Positions 27,775 to 37,670 of a DNA stretch of 64,000 bases are shown piece by piece (positions within the stretch are counted from its first letter, which is position 1; every line of letters begins with the position of its first letter). The notes beneath the pieces were generated by a model. It was not told where the DNA came from and did no database searches. It saw only the letters and a list, made by a program, of their open reading frames with translations. The stretch comes from an uncultured Bacilli bacterium (GTDB lineage: Bacteria; Bacillota_I; Bacilli_A; RF39; UBA660). The position numbers and the translations under genes are program-made. Where the stretch lies: positions 789-64,788 of the forward strand of contig CAKOMI010000002.1 in assembly GCA_934096605.1 (NCBI GenBank), written 5' to 3'.

Positions 27775-28251
27775 ATGAAAAGGAAAAAAGGTTTTACATT
27801 GGTAGAGTTAATGGCTGTTATAGTAATACTTGCGATACTTGCGTGCGTTGCTGTTCCTAATGTTTTAAATATTTCTCGTAATACAAAGAAACGTCTTTAT
27901 TGTGAAAAGGTTACTAATTATTTAAGTGATGCCAAAAGATGGGGAGATAATCATTTAAAGGAACTTAGGAGTGATTGTTATATTGTTAAAAATGTTAATT
28001 TTTTAGTAAGTGAAGGTATTTCTAGTGATAGTGATATTGTAAGTCCTTATAATAAAAGAAATATGAATTATGATAATATTGGGATATATTTAAAAAATAA
28101 AAGGGCTTATGCTTTTTATATAGTAGATGATAGTTTTAGTAGTGATGATAAGAATATTTTAAATGATTGTGTGGCTTACCGAGTTTGTGATGAAGGTGAA
28201 GAAGAAATGACAAATCACTGTACTAAAAGACCAAATGTGCGTTGTTCTTGA
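27775..28251 (+). CDS. type IV prepilin-like protein, tandem paralog
   Basis: MKRKKG/FTLVELMAVIVILAILACVAVP. The mature part is collinear with the previous ORF (..LYC.KV...L.DAKRWG..H...L.SDCY...NV..LV..GIS..). Confidence 0.85.
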   Translation: MKRKKGFTLVELMAVIVILAILACVAVPNVLNISRNTKKRLYCEKVTNYLSDAKRWGDNHLKELRSDCYIVKNVNFLVSEGISSDSDIVSPYNKRNMNYDNIGIYLKNKRAYAFYIVDDSFSSDDKNILNDCVAYRVCDEGEEEMTNHCTKRPNVRCS

Positions 28252-28303
28252 TAAATTTAATAATAATTGTTAAAATAGTACCTAATTGAAAGAGGTGGGA
28301 ATA

Positions 28304-29608
28304 GTGAAAACAGTTTGTTTAATTGGTAGACCTAATACAGGAAAATCATCTTTATTTAATCGTTTGATACGCGAAGAGCGTTCGATAATTATGGATGAAC
28401 CAGGTATAACTAGAGATAGAATATATGGGGTAGTTAGACATAATAATAAAGCTTTTGATTTAATTGATACAGGTGGTTTAGAGTTAGGAACAGATAATTT
28501 TCGAAAAGATATATTGATGCAAGCTACTTTTGCTATTGATGAAGCAGACCTTATTTTATTTGTAGTTGATGGCAAAACAGAACTTAATCAAAGTGATTAT
28601 ATGATTAGGGATATGCTTAGAAAAGCTAAAAAAGAGGTTATTGTGGTTGTAAATAAACTTGACAATGATAAAAGAGCTAATGATGTTTATAACTACTATG
28701 AATTAGGGTTTTCACGCGTATTTGGTATTTCAGTTGCTCATAAGATAGGGCTTGTGCCTTTATTAGATGAAATTACTAATGATTTAGGTGATTATTATTA
28801 TGAAGAACATAAGGGATGCAGATTTTCTATTATAGGACGGCCTAATGTTGGTAAGAGTAGCTTAGTAAATGCTTTATTAAATGAAGAAAGAGCAATTGTA
28901 AGTGACGTGGCTGGAACAACCCGTGATGCGACTGACACAGTGTTTAAATATCATGGAGAAGAATATACAATGATTGATACAGCCGGGATTAGAAAACGGG
29001 GTAAAATATATGAAAATGTTGAAAAGTATAGTTTATTTCGTAGTTTAAAAGCAATTGAAAGAAGCGATGTATGTGTTTTAGTTATTGATGCTTCTAAAGG
29101 TATTATCGAACATGATAAGCATATTGCAGGTATGGCGATTGAAGCTGGTAAGGCCTTAGTTATATGTGTTAATAAATGGGATATGGTAGAAGACGCTAAT
29201 ACAGCATTAAAAAAATGGAAAGAATTAATTCATTATGAATTTCAATTTGCAACATATGCTAAAGTAGTATTTTTGTCAGCTTTAACGAAAAAAAGAGTAC
29301 ATATGTTAATGCCAGAAATTATTGAGGCCTATAATAATCATGAGAAAATGATTCCAACTAGTAGACTTAATGAGGTTATAGAAGAGGCTACTCATTTACA
29401 TGAAGCTCCATCTTATAAAGGAAGAAGACTAAAAATATACTTTGTTAATCAAGAAGAAACGCATCCACCTAAGTTTACTTTTAGAGTAAATGATAAAGGG
29501 TTAGTACATTTTAGTTATCAAAGGTATTTAGAAAATAAATTAAGAGAGAATTTTGATTTAACAGGAACACCTATTATTATAAAATTTAAAAATAAGTCAG
29601 AAGATTAG
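28304..29608 (+). CDS. der: ribosome-associated GTPase Der (EngA)
   Basis: Two tandem G domains (GRPNTGKSSLFN..DTGG..NKLD and GRPNVGKSSLVN..DTAG..NKWD) plus a KH-like C-terminus. GTG 28304 lies 7 nt after agaggtggg. Confidence 0.95.
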   Translation: MKTVCLIGRPNTGKSSLFNRLIREERSIIMDEPGITRDRIYGVVRHNNKAFDLIDTGGLELGTDNFRKDILMQATFAIDEADLILFVVDGKTELNQSDYMIRDMLRKAKKEVIVVVNKLDNDKRANDVYNYYELGFSRVFGISVAHKIGLVPLLDEITNDLGDYYYEEHKGCRFSIIGRPNVGKSSLVNALLNEERAIVSDVAGTTRDATDTVFKYHGEEYTMIDTAGIRKRGKIYENVEKYSLFRSLKAIERSDVCVLVIDASKGIIEHDKHIAGMAIEAGKALVICVNKWDMVEDANTALKKWKELIHYEFQFATYAKVVFLSALTKKRVHMLMPEIIEAYNNHEKMIPTSRLNEVIEEATHLHEAPSYKGRRLKIYFVNQEETHPPKFTFRVNDKGLVHFSYQRYLENKLRENFDLTGTPIIIKFKNKSED

Positions 29609-29722
29609 CTAAGTATTTTGACTTATTTTTTTATTTGTGTATTATAAAATTTTAAATATTTTCTACAGATAGACTTTTTTATAATAATTTGATAAAATAC
29701 CATTAGAAATGGTGGTGGTCTT

Positions 29723-31912
29723 ATGGATAATGAAGAGTTAGAAGAAAGTGCTAATAAGGCCTCACTGGATAATCAAAAAGAAACTGAAGAGTTAGAAAAT
29801 GAAGGTAATCAGTTTGAAGCTGAGCTAGATACCAAAGATAAAGAAGCTACGTTAACATCAAGTAAAAAAATAATTAATAAACTTTTAAAAAAGAAAGTAA
29901 TAATTATTAGTTTGGTCGTGGCTATTGCTTTATTATTTATCATTATTATGGCTGCTTTATTAAATTCTTCAGGGGTTAATGATTATATTTATAAAAAAAC
30001 TAGTTGCACTAATGTAACTATTCATTATGATCCTTATGGTGACCATGATGACTATGATGAAGAAATGCCTTTAGAAGATTATGTTAAAGGAGCAGTTGTT
30101 GCTTATTTAAATAATTTTACTAGTGATGATACTAGTAATTATCAACTTTATTTTGCTCTTTCTGTTGCTCTTAGAAATGAGGTAATTACTAATAATTGTG
30201 AGGTAACTTATCGTGATAAAACAATTGATAGTAATGTTACTATTGATGACTATTATTTAAATCTTGCCATAACTAATTCATATGGTATTGCCCTAGTTGA
30301 TGAAAATGAAGAGTTTGTTCCAATGCATGTTTCAGATAACTGTTGGTATAATGTGGGAACAATGGAAAATAGTGAAGGGGAAGAGAAAGAATTTCATACT
30401 GTTTTTCAAAAGGATTTAGAAATACCAAGAGATTTTACTAAAAAATATTTTAAAAATACTGTTTATGAAGAGTGTCAATGTAATGCAGATACGGGTGTAA
30501 AAAAGATTGGTGTTAATGCTGCTGAAAATATGTGTTACACTTACTGGATAAAAGAAGAAGAGGAAGGCGGGACAAAAAAAGAGGTTAAATATGAAGAATA
30601 TTTGCATCAAGATGAAGAAGATGGTTTTAGTCTTTATGGCGCTTATTATTTGTTAAAATATCAAGGTTTCACAAATTTAGATATTTTAAAATATTTTACT
30701 AATGATAAGGTAATGTATCGTACTACTAATAAGGATAATGCTAAAAAAGAAGAAGATACAAGTAATAATTTTAATTATAGTTGTTCAGCTTTTAATATAG
30801 GTTCTACTACTTTGTCACGGGAAGAATTTATTGCTAAAGTAGAAAATTATAATAGTAAAAAGACTGATTGGAGTACCTTTAAAAATCATGCTGGTGAAAT
30901 ATATGATTTAGCAGTTAGTAATGGTGTTAATCCTGAATTTATTGTTATCAGAGCTATAGTAGAAGGTATGAGTCCTGGTGGGTCTTCGTATAATTATTAT
31001 GGTATAGGTTGTACTAATACGGGTGGTAGAAATGCTTGTACAGATTATTCTTCATTTAGTGCTGGTGTTTTAGGCATTATATCGTTTATAAAAAAGTATG
31101 ATTCAATTGATTCATTAATGAGTAAATATGCTTATATTGGAACGTACTGGTATAACCCAGGTAGTTCTGGTAAGGGAGGATGCTATTACTATCCTTATAT
31201 TAAAGAATATATGTCACCAGAGCGGTCTAGTGTTGTTGCAAGTGCTTGTAATGGGGCTACATGTAGTGGAACTGATTGTGCTAAAACAACTGATGAAGAT
31301 CAAATGGCTTATACTAAATATCAAGTATCAAAGATGACTGATTATCGTTCTTCAGTTTTTGGAATTAAAGAAAATGTTTGTACAAATGATACGATGACAG
31401 TTGATAAATGTATTATTTATGCTCAAAGTGATAAAAGATGGGGACATTACTTGCTTGGAAATAGTAAAGATACAACAATTAGTCAGGCAGGTTGTGCCGT
31501 ATCAAGTGTGGCTATTGCTCTTACTTGTACTGGTAAAATGAGTGATACGTCAAGTTTCTCACCTAAAGTATTAAATGACACTTTAAAATTAAGTGGTGGT
31601 TTTGATGGAGCGGCTATTGTTTGGAATAACAGTGGTATCAGAGAATTCGTACCAAGTTTTAGAGTAGACAGAGATATTAGTTTAAGTGGGGCTAGTATGG
31701 AAGAAAAATTAAATGCTCTAAATGCTTCTCATGAAAAATCTAATCGAATTGGTATTGTACATATTTCTAACTCAGAACACAAAACCCATTTCGTTGTTTT
31801 AAATACTTACAATCCTACTAGTAAAACATTCACTTGCCTAGATCCAGCCGGTGGTAAAATAAATACATATTCTATAAATGATTTAGATCGAATTATCTAT
31901 TATACATATTAA
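29723..31912 (+). CDS. membrane-anchored multidomain cell-wall hydrolase (SpoIID-like + glucosaminidase/lysozyme-like + C39-like peptidase domains)
   Basis: Acidic N-terminus plus TM. EDYVKGAVVAYLN..YFALSVALRNE is SpoIID/LytB-like. GVNPEFIVIRAIVEGMSPGG..YNYYGIG is glucosaminidase-like. C-terminal IIYAQSDKRWGHYLLG...ISQAGCAVSSVAIAL is the Peptidase_C39_2-like Cys motif. Confidence 0.65.
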   Translation: MDNEELEESANKASLDNQKETEELENEGNQFEAELDTKDKEATLTSSKKIINKLLKKKVIIISLVVAIALLFIIIMAALLNSSGVNDYIYKKTSCTNVTIHYDPYGDHDDYDEEMPLEDYVKGAVVAYLNNFTSDDTSNYQLYFALSVALRNEVITNNCEVTYRDKTIDSNVTIDDYYLNLAITNSYGIALVDENEEFVPMHVSDNCWYNVGTMENSEGEEKEFHTVFQKDLEIPRDFTKKYFKNTVYEECQCNADTGVKKIGVNAAENMCYTYWIKEEEEGGTKKEVKYEEYLHQDEEDGFSLYGAYYLLKYQGFTNLDILKYFTNDKVMYRTTNKDNAKKEEDTSNNFNYSCSAFNIGSTTLSREEFIAKVENYNSKKTDWSTFKNHAGEIYDLAVSNGVNPEFIVIRAIVEGMSPGGSSYNYYGIGCTNTGGRNACTDYSSFSAGVLGIISFIKKYDSIDSLMSKYAYIGTYWYNPGSSGKGGCYYYPYIKEYMSPERSSVVASACNGATCSGTDCAKTTDEDQMAYTKYQVSKMTDYRSSVFGIKENVCTNDTMTVDKCIIYAQSDKRWGHYLLGNSKDTTISQAGCAVSSVAIALTCTGKMSDTSSFSPKVLNDTLKLSGGFDGAAIVWNNSGIREFVPSFRVDRDISLSGASMEEKLNALNASHEKSNRIGIVHISNSEHKTHFVVLNTYNPTSKTFTCLDPAGGKINTYSINDLDRIIYYTY

Positions 31913-31927
31913 GGAAGGAGCATTTTT

Positions 31928-32677
31928 ATGAGTAAAAAGAATTTTAAAATAGTTACCTCAGTAATTATAGTATGTCTTATTTATTTTATAATAATATTTA
32001 TTTATATGATGAATAATAAGACTACAAAAGGTTATATTCTTAACTCTAATTTAGGGGGATTCTACTGTAAACAAAAGAAATGTGAATTTGTTTCTCAGAG
32101 TGATATCAAAATAAACAATTCTTATGCTTTATTTCAATATGGTGAATATGTGAGTGATTATACACCAACTTTGGTTGCTGATAAGTGGAATTTTAAAAAA
32201 AGTGAAAACTATGAAAGCATATATGGTGACTTTTTAGCGATTGATGAAAAATTAAACTATCAATATATACCTATGCAAAAAGAGGCTCTTAATACTGATG
32301 ATATTTTGCTTCTTCAAAAAACTACACAAATAAACTTTTCTAAATTAGATAATTCTTATAAAATAGCTGTAGATTTAGATAGTAATGGCGTAAGAGATTA
32401 TATTTATACTTTATCTAATCAAGTTGATGATGGTATTTCTAGCGAATATTTTTCTGTATTTTATGTTTCTTTAAATGGCGAATTGTTAACTATTTATAAT
32501 GATAAAAATAAAGATGCTGATAATTATGAACTTCCATTTTATAGCGTAGCGGGTATTTTGAAAGTTGATTCAGTACCTAAAATAATTATTAATAAAACTT
32601 ATTATAGTAATATGGGAGAATCTAGTACGATGATATTTACTGTTCTTAAAAAAAATATAAAAAATGATGAAAGTTAA
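31928..32677 (+). CDS. hypothetical single-pass membrane protein
   Basis: N-terminal TM (IVTSVIIVCLIYFIIIFIYMM). No family recognised. Confidence 0.5.
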   Translation: MSKKNFKIVTSVIIVCLIYFIIIFIYMMNNKTTKGYILNSNLGGFYCKQKKCEFVSQSDIKINNSYALFQYGEYVSDYTPTLVADKWNFKKSENYESIYGDFLAIDEKLNYQYIPMQKEALNTDDILLLQKTTQINFSKLDNSYKIAVDLDSNGVRDYIYTLSNQVDDGISSEYFSVFYVSLNGELLTIYNDKNKDADNYELPFYSVAGILKVDSVPKIIINKTYYSNMGESSTMIFTVLKKNIKNDES

Positions 32678-32735
32678 AAATAGTTTTTAATTTAACTATT
32701 TTATTGTATAATACTAATTGAATTGGAGGAATTAT

Positions 32736-34979
32736 ATGAAATTTCGTGTATCTTCTAAAGACTTTACAATATTTGTAGTCTTTTGTATATTTTTACTTTA
32801 TTTATGCGCTATTGCGGTATTAAACTTTTCATCTTTTGCGGATGATGGTTCGTTTTATGGTTTAAACCCTTTTCCTGCTTTTGGAAAAGATTATATTATT
32901 TTAACTTTATTTATGTTTGCTGTAGCGTTAGTTATTATATTTTCTAGTGTATCTTCTTATATATTTGATAAAGATAAAAGTGGTAAGAAATTTATAAACA
33001 TTGGTGATAAGGAAGAAAAAGGTTATTCAAGATGGGCTAAAGAAAAAGAAATTAAAAGTGCCAAAGACGTTGTTCATGTTAAAACTATTGATCAAAATGT
33101 TGAAGGAGCAGGTGTTCCTTTGATTAACAATGGTACTGATGTTTGGGTTGATAATTCAGATTATCACACAATGATAATAGGTTCTACTGGTTCTGGTAAA
33201 ACTGAATGTATTGTAAAACCCCAAGTTAACCTTTTAGCCAAAAAAGGCGAGAGTATGGTTATTAATGACCCTAAAGGTGAGCTATATAAATATTGTGGTG
33301 ATTACTTAAAAGAACAAGGCTATAATATTGTTGTTTTAAATTTCCGTGATCCTACAGAAGGTAATTCTTGGAATCCTCTTTCTATGCCATACTATTATTA
33401 TAAAAATGGTAATACTGATAAAGCGATTGAGTTACTTGAGGATATAGCTAATAATATTTTAGTTGACCCTAAAAATAAAGACTCAGCTTTCTGGGAACAA
33501 TCTGGTGCCGATTATTTTGCCGGTCTTGCCCTAGCTTTATTTAGAGATGGTAAAGAAGAAGAAATAAATTTAAACTCAATTAATTTAATGAGTACTGTTG
33601 GTGAAGAAAGAATTGGGGCTAAAACTTACGTTCAAGAATATTTCAATATGAAAGGGGAAGCTTCACCAGAATATATCTTTGCCTCAACTACTTTTAATGC
33701 ACCTAGTGATACAAAAGGAGGCATTCTATCTACTTTTAGACAAAAAATTCGTATTTTTGCTTCCCGTGAAAAATTATCAGAAATGCTTTCTTATAGTGAT
33801 TTTGATATGCGTAGTATTGGTGAGAAAAAAACAGCTGTCTTCTTAATTGTGCATGATGAAAAAACAACTTACCATAGTTTACTTACTGTCTTTTTAAAAC
33901 AATGTTATGAAACTTTAGTTGAAGTTGCCCAAACAAGTGGTGGTAAATTAAAGTATCGTACTAATTTCATTCTTGATGAGTTTGCTAACATGCCTCCTTT
34001 AAGTGATGTTGATTCCATGGTTTCAGCTGCTCGTAGTAGAAGTATTAGATTTACCTTTATTATTCAAAACTTTTCGCAATTAAATGACGTTTATGGTAAA
34101 GAGGTTGCCCAAACTATTCGTGGTAACTGTGGTAATACAATTTACTTAATAAGCACGGAAATGGCCGCCTTAGAAGAAATAAGTAAAATGTGTGGTGAAG
34201 TTAAAAGTAAAGACAAAGATAAAACAGCTTCTACACCACTTGTTACTGTAACTGACTTACAAAAAATGAAATTGTTCCAAGCTATAATTATGCGTATTCG
34301 TATGGCTCCATATAAAGTGCAATATACGCCAGATTTCAAAATTAACTGGGGTATTGAAAGAAAAGATTTTCCATTTCCTCATCGGGAAGAAAAGACTGTT
34401 TCAACATTTGATTTAAAAACTTTTGTTTCGGAAGCAAAAAGACGACAAATGATGGAAAATGCTCAAAATGGTACGTCTAATCCTAGTCCATTTAATCCTT
34501 TTGGTGGTATGGGTATGGGAGCTAATCCTTTTATGAGTGGTATGAATAGCATGAATCCTTTTGGTGGCCTTGGTAATTTAGAAACACCTACTAAGCCAGT
34601 AACAACAGAAGAACCCGTTAAAGCTAATGGTTTAGGTATTAATGCACCAAATAAGCCACTTTCTGCCTTAACTAACGATGAAATAGATAAAATGATAGCG
34701 GATATTGATAAAAAATTAGCTGAATTAGATGCAGAAGAACAAAAAGAAAAAGAAAAACAAAAAGAAATTCAACAAGAAGAGCAAAAAATAATCGAAAAAG
34801 AGGAACCAAAGACACCAATTGAATTACCAAAATTAGAAGAAGATGAACTAAAAAAGAAAGAACCGGAAAAATTAGAAAATAATAAACCAAAAATAAATGT
34901 TGACGTTGATTCCATTGTTATGAATGATAATGTTATTACTGACGATGAGTTCTTCGATGATTTCTTTGGTGATGAATAA
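32736..34979 (+). CDS. type IV secretion coupling protein (VirD4/TraG/TcpA-like T4CP)
   Basis: Two N-terminal TMs. Walker A IIGSTGSGKTE, then NDPKGELY, Walker B FILDEFANMPPL, then RSRSIRFTFIIQNFSQLNDVYG and RGNCGNTIYL. C-terminal low-complexity tail (NPFGGMGMGANPF.., EK-rich). ATG 32736 follows ttggagga. Confidence 0.9.
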   Translation: MKFRVSSKDFTIFVVFCIFLLYLCAIAVLNFSSFADDGSFYGLNPFPAFGKDYIILTLFMFAVALVIIFSSVSSYIFDKDKSGKKFINIGDKEEKGYSRWAKEKEIKSAKDVVHVKTIDQNVEGAGVPLINNGTDVWVDNSDYHTMIIGSTGSGKTECIVKPQVNLLAKKGESMVINDPKGELYKYCGDYLKEQGYNIVVLNFRDPTEGNSWNPLSMPYYYYKNGNTDKAIELLEDIANNILVDPKNKDSAFWEQSGADYFAGLALALFRDGKEEEINLNSINLMSTVGEERIGAKTYVQEYFNMKGEASPEYIFASTTFNAPSDTKGGILSTFRQKIRIFASREKLSEMLSYSDFDMRSIGEKKTAVFLIVHDEKTTYHSLLTVFLKQCYETLVEVAQTSGGKLKYRTNFILDEFANMPPLSDVDSMVSAARSRSIRFTFIIQNFSQLNDVYGKEVAQTIRGNCGNTIYLISTEMAALEEISKMCGEVKSKDKDKTASTPLVTVTDLQKMKLFQAIIMRIRMAPYKVQYTPDFKINWGIERKDFPFPHREEKTVSTFDLKTFVSEAKRRQMMENAQNGTSNPSPFNPFGGMGMGANPFMSGMNSMNPFGGLGNLETPTKPVTTEEPVKANGLGINAPNKPLSALTNDEIDKMIADIDKKLAELDAEEQKEKEKQKEIQQEEQKIIEKEEPKTPIELPKLEEDELKKKEPEKLENNKPKINVDVDSIVMNDNVITDDEFFDDFFGDE

Positions 34980-35008
34980 AATCTAGTTATTATAGCTAGA
35001 TTTTTTTT
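34978..35008 (+). terminator. intrinsic terminator after the T4CP gene
   Basis: aaatctag-ttattatag-ctagattt followed by ttttt. Confidence 0.6.
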
Positions 35009-35050
35009 CTATTATTGTGCTATAATTTTGGTGATATAGAGGGTGATAAT

Positions 35051-36634
35051 GTGATACTAAAAAAACCATATGCTTTTCTAATTAAACATTTTAAAGCAAT
35101 TCATTTATTTTTAGGTGCAGTACTTACTTACTTAATCTTTAGAACTGGTCTAATAGTTAATTTTTTCCAAACATATATTAAAGCTAATTATTATACAAGT
35201 GAGGTAAACTTACCTGGCATATATATCAATATATTTATGTATTTGGCTATAGTATTTGCTTTATTTTTGAGCTTTGCAGTTTACTTTTTAATGAAGCAAA
35301 AAGAAAAAGATACTAAATTTTATTTTTTTATTATCTTTTATTATATTCTTCTACTAGTAGCTATAACTTTTTGCTATAGTATTTTACAAAATATTGAATC
35401 AGCAACTTTAGGAGCTCAGGTTATCAGAGTTTACCGTGATATTTCTTTTATTTTCTATTTACCTCAGTTTTTCTTTACTGGTTACTCATTTTTAAGAGGT
35501 ATTGGTTTTGATATTAAAAAATTTAATTTTGAAAGTGATGCGAAGGAATTAGAAATAACTGATTTAGATAGTGAAGAATTTGAACTTACTTTTGGCAAAG
35601 ATTCTTATAAATATAAAAGAAAAATAAGAAGGTTTATTAGAGAATTTAAATATTATGTTTTAGAAAATAAACTATCATTTATTATTTTAAGTTCGATATG
35701 TGTAGTCATTGTAGGTGTTTTATTATATTTGAATTTTGGGGTTTATCATAAAACTTACCGAGAGACCTCAAAGATTAATCATAATCACTTAGTTGTTCAA
35801 GTTATGGATTCAGTACTAACGCCATTTGATTCAGGTGGTAAAACAATTGATGGCAAATACTATTTAGCCATAGCTTTTAAAATAAAAAATACTAGTACTA
35901 AAGATACAGCTTTAGATTATGAAAACTTTAAACTTGAAGTATCAAAAAGAAAAATAGCTCCAACCTTAGATCGCTCTAGTTATTTTCCTTTGTTAGGTAT
36001 TGGTTATACTAGAGATACAACTATTTTAGCTGGTAGTGAGTCTACTTACGTTATTCCTTATGAAATTGATGAATCATTTTTGAATCAAAAAATAGTTTTA
36101 AAAATATTAGATTCTTTAACTTATGAAATAGGTAGTATTACCCCTATATATAAAACAGTTAATTTAAATTATGATAAAATACTTAATAATAAAGAAATTA
36201 GAACAGTTAATAAAGGTAAAATATTAGAGCTTTCAAAAACTTTACTTGGTTTAACACAAGTACAAATAAATGATGTGAAAACTAACTCTTCTTATGAATA
36301 TCAATATAGATCATGTAAACAAGGAATTTGTCAAGATTTAAAAGATCGAGTAGTAGCTAGTCAATCTAAAAAGTTATTAATATTAAATAGAATGTTTACA
36401 ATGGATGAATACACTAATTATTATATGGCTAAAAAAGGATCAGGATCTTTTGTTAATGATTTTGTTACTATTAAATACAAAGATACTGAAATTAAGCCTA
36501 AAGACGTAACACCTAAAAACTTAAAAGATTATTGGCTATTTGAAGTTCCAGAAGACTATCAAATTTCTAATAGTGAACTTTTAATAACTATTTGTGGAGA
36601 AATATATAAGATGAAATTAGATGGGAGTGAATAA
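35051..36634 (+). CDS. polytopic membrane protein with large extracytoplasmic beta-rich C-terminal domain (hypothetical)
   Basis: GTG 35051 follows gagggtga. ~5 TMs in the first 170 aa, one more at ~aa 215-235, then a soluble ~300-aa domain. No family recognised. Confidence 0.55.
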   Translation: MILKKPYAFLIKHFKAIHLFLGAVLTYLIFRTGLIVNFFQTYIKANYYTSEVNLPGIYINIFMYLAIVFALFLSFAVYFLMKQKEKDTKFYFFIIFYYILLLVAITFCYSILQNIESATLGAQVIRVYRDISFIFYLPQFFFTGYSFLRGIGFDIKKFNFESDAKELEITDLDSEEFELTFGKDSYKYKRKIRRFIREFKYYVLENKLSFIILSSICVVIVGVLLYLNFGVYHKTYRETSKINHNHLVVQVMDSVLTPFDSGGKTIDGKYYLAIAFKIKNTSTKDTALDYENFKLEVSKRKIAPTLDRSSYFPLLGIGYTRDTTILAGSESTYVIPYEIDESFLNQKIVLKILDSLTYEIGSITPIYKTVNLNYDKILNNKEIRTVNKGKILELSKTLLGLTQVQINDVKTNSSYEYQYRSCKQGICQDLKDRVVASQSKKLLILNRMFTMDEYTNYYMAKKGSGSFVNDFVTIKYKDTEIKPKDVTPKNLKDYWLFEVPEDYQISNSELLITICGEIYKMKLDGSE

Positions 36635-36640
36635 TTTTTA

Positions 36641-37078
36641 TGGCAAGAAGAGGAGTTTAGGCAAAAACATGGCTTAAAACCTTGTGCTTTTTTAACTGAG
36701 TGGAATGTTAGATATGGAGCAGCTGGGATTCAATATTTAGATATGTGTCTTACACAAAGATTAAGTGATTTTGCTACTGCTGGTTGTATCAATCAAGTGC
36801 AATATTTAGTACTTTTACATTTAGTAAGTCGGCACTTAGGCTATACACCTGGTCGTTTTACTTGGTTTTATAACAATATTCAAATATATGATAGACATAT
36901 TGATTCTGTAAAAGAAATGTTAAATAGAGAACCGGTTGACTGTCAACCAGAAATAGTGTTAAATCCTGATAAAACTGACTTTTATGATTTTACAGTAGAA
37001 GATATTCAAATTAAGGGCTATCCAAGAAAAAGAATTCGGGAGAAAAATCCTCAGTTAAAGTTTGAAATAGGTATCTAG
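36641..37078 (+). pseudogene. thyA: thymidylate synthase (ThyA-family) 3' remnant lacking the N-terminal half
   Basis: The translation WQEEEFRQKHGLKPCAFLTEWNV...LTQRLSDFATAG.INQVQY..LLHLV....G..PG.F.W...N.QIYDRH.......L.REP aligns to the TS core from the catalytic Cys (L-x-P-C) onward. There is no N-terminal dUMP/folate-binding half and no start or RBS. It begins right after the stop of the upstream ORF. Confidence 0.65.
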
Positions 37079-37148
37079 TTAGTATCTTTCCTTTTAAAAA
37101 AAACGTGGTATAATAGGCATTACCGGTTATTTGAAAGGAGTAGTTAAT

Positions 37149-37643
37149 ATGCCAGAAACTAAAATATTAACTAATGATGAAAAAGTAATTTCTTTATTCT
37201 ATAATAAACAGAAAAATACTAGTTTAAGTGATTTATATATTTTAAAAGATAAAATAGTTAAAAATGAACCAGATCTTTTATTAAAAGAATTACTTTTAAT
37301 TGAAATAGATATATTAATTAAGTATCAAAGTGAAGAAGAGATTATCAATTTGTCTCCAGAACTAAACACTAATATTTTAATAAAGCTTTACGAAGAACAA
37401 AAAATTTCTAAAGATACACTAGGCGAGTGCATATTCTTTATTCCTTGTTATGCAGGGGTAATACTTAGAACTTTACAAAGTGTTATGGGGGAACAAGATT
37501 ATTACCGTTTATATAGGGAATGTCCTACAGATGATGAAGCCCACTTAATGGAAATATTTAATTTTGAATTAACTGGGGAAATCGAAAAAAAAGAAGATGA
37601 AAAAATTATTTATGAATCATTTAAAAAAATCTTAAAAAAGTAA
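37149..37643 (+). CDS. hypothetical cytoplasmic protein
   Basis: ATG 37149 follows aaaggag. 164 aa, no family recognised. Confidence 0.5.
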   Translation: MPETKILTNDEKVISLFYNKQKNTSLSDLYILKDKIVKNEPDLLLKELLLIEIDILIKYQSEEEIINLSPELNTNILIKLYEEQKISKDTLGECIFFIPCYAGVILRTLQSVMGEQDYYRLYRECPTDDEAHLMEIFNFELTGEIEKKEDEKIIYESFKKILKK

Positions 37644-37670
37644 AATATGTCAATTTTCTTATAATAGAAA

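Noticed and set aside
28282-28575. ORF 28282..28575(-) and the TTG 28286 start for der
   Set aside because: The minus-strand ORF is antisense to the der G1 domain. The der start is more likely GTG 28304, correctly spaced from agaggtggg, than TTG 28286, which precedes the RBS.
36632-36643. Possibility that ORF 35051..36634 and the thyA fragment form one gene by stop-codon readthrough (same frame, single TAA)
   Set aside because: The two parts are functionally unrelated (a membrane protein and a truncated cytoplasmic enzyme). Sharing a frame has a one-in-three chance by coincidence. No recoding signal is visible.
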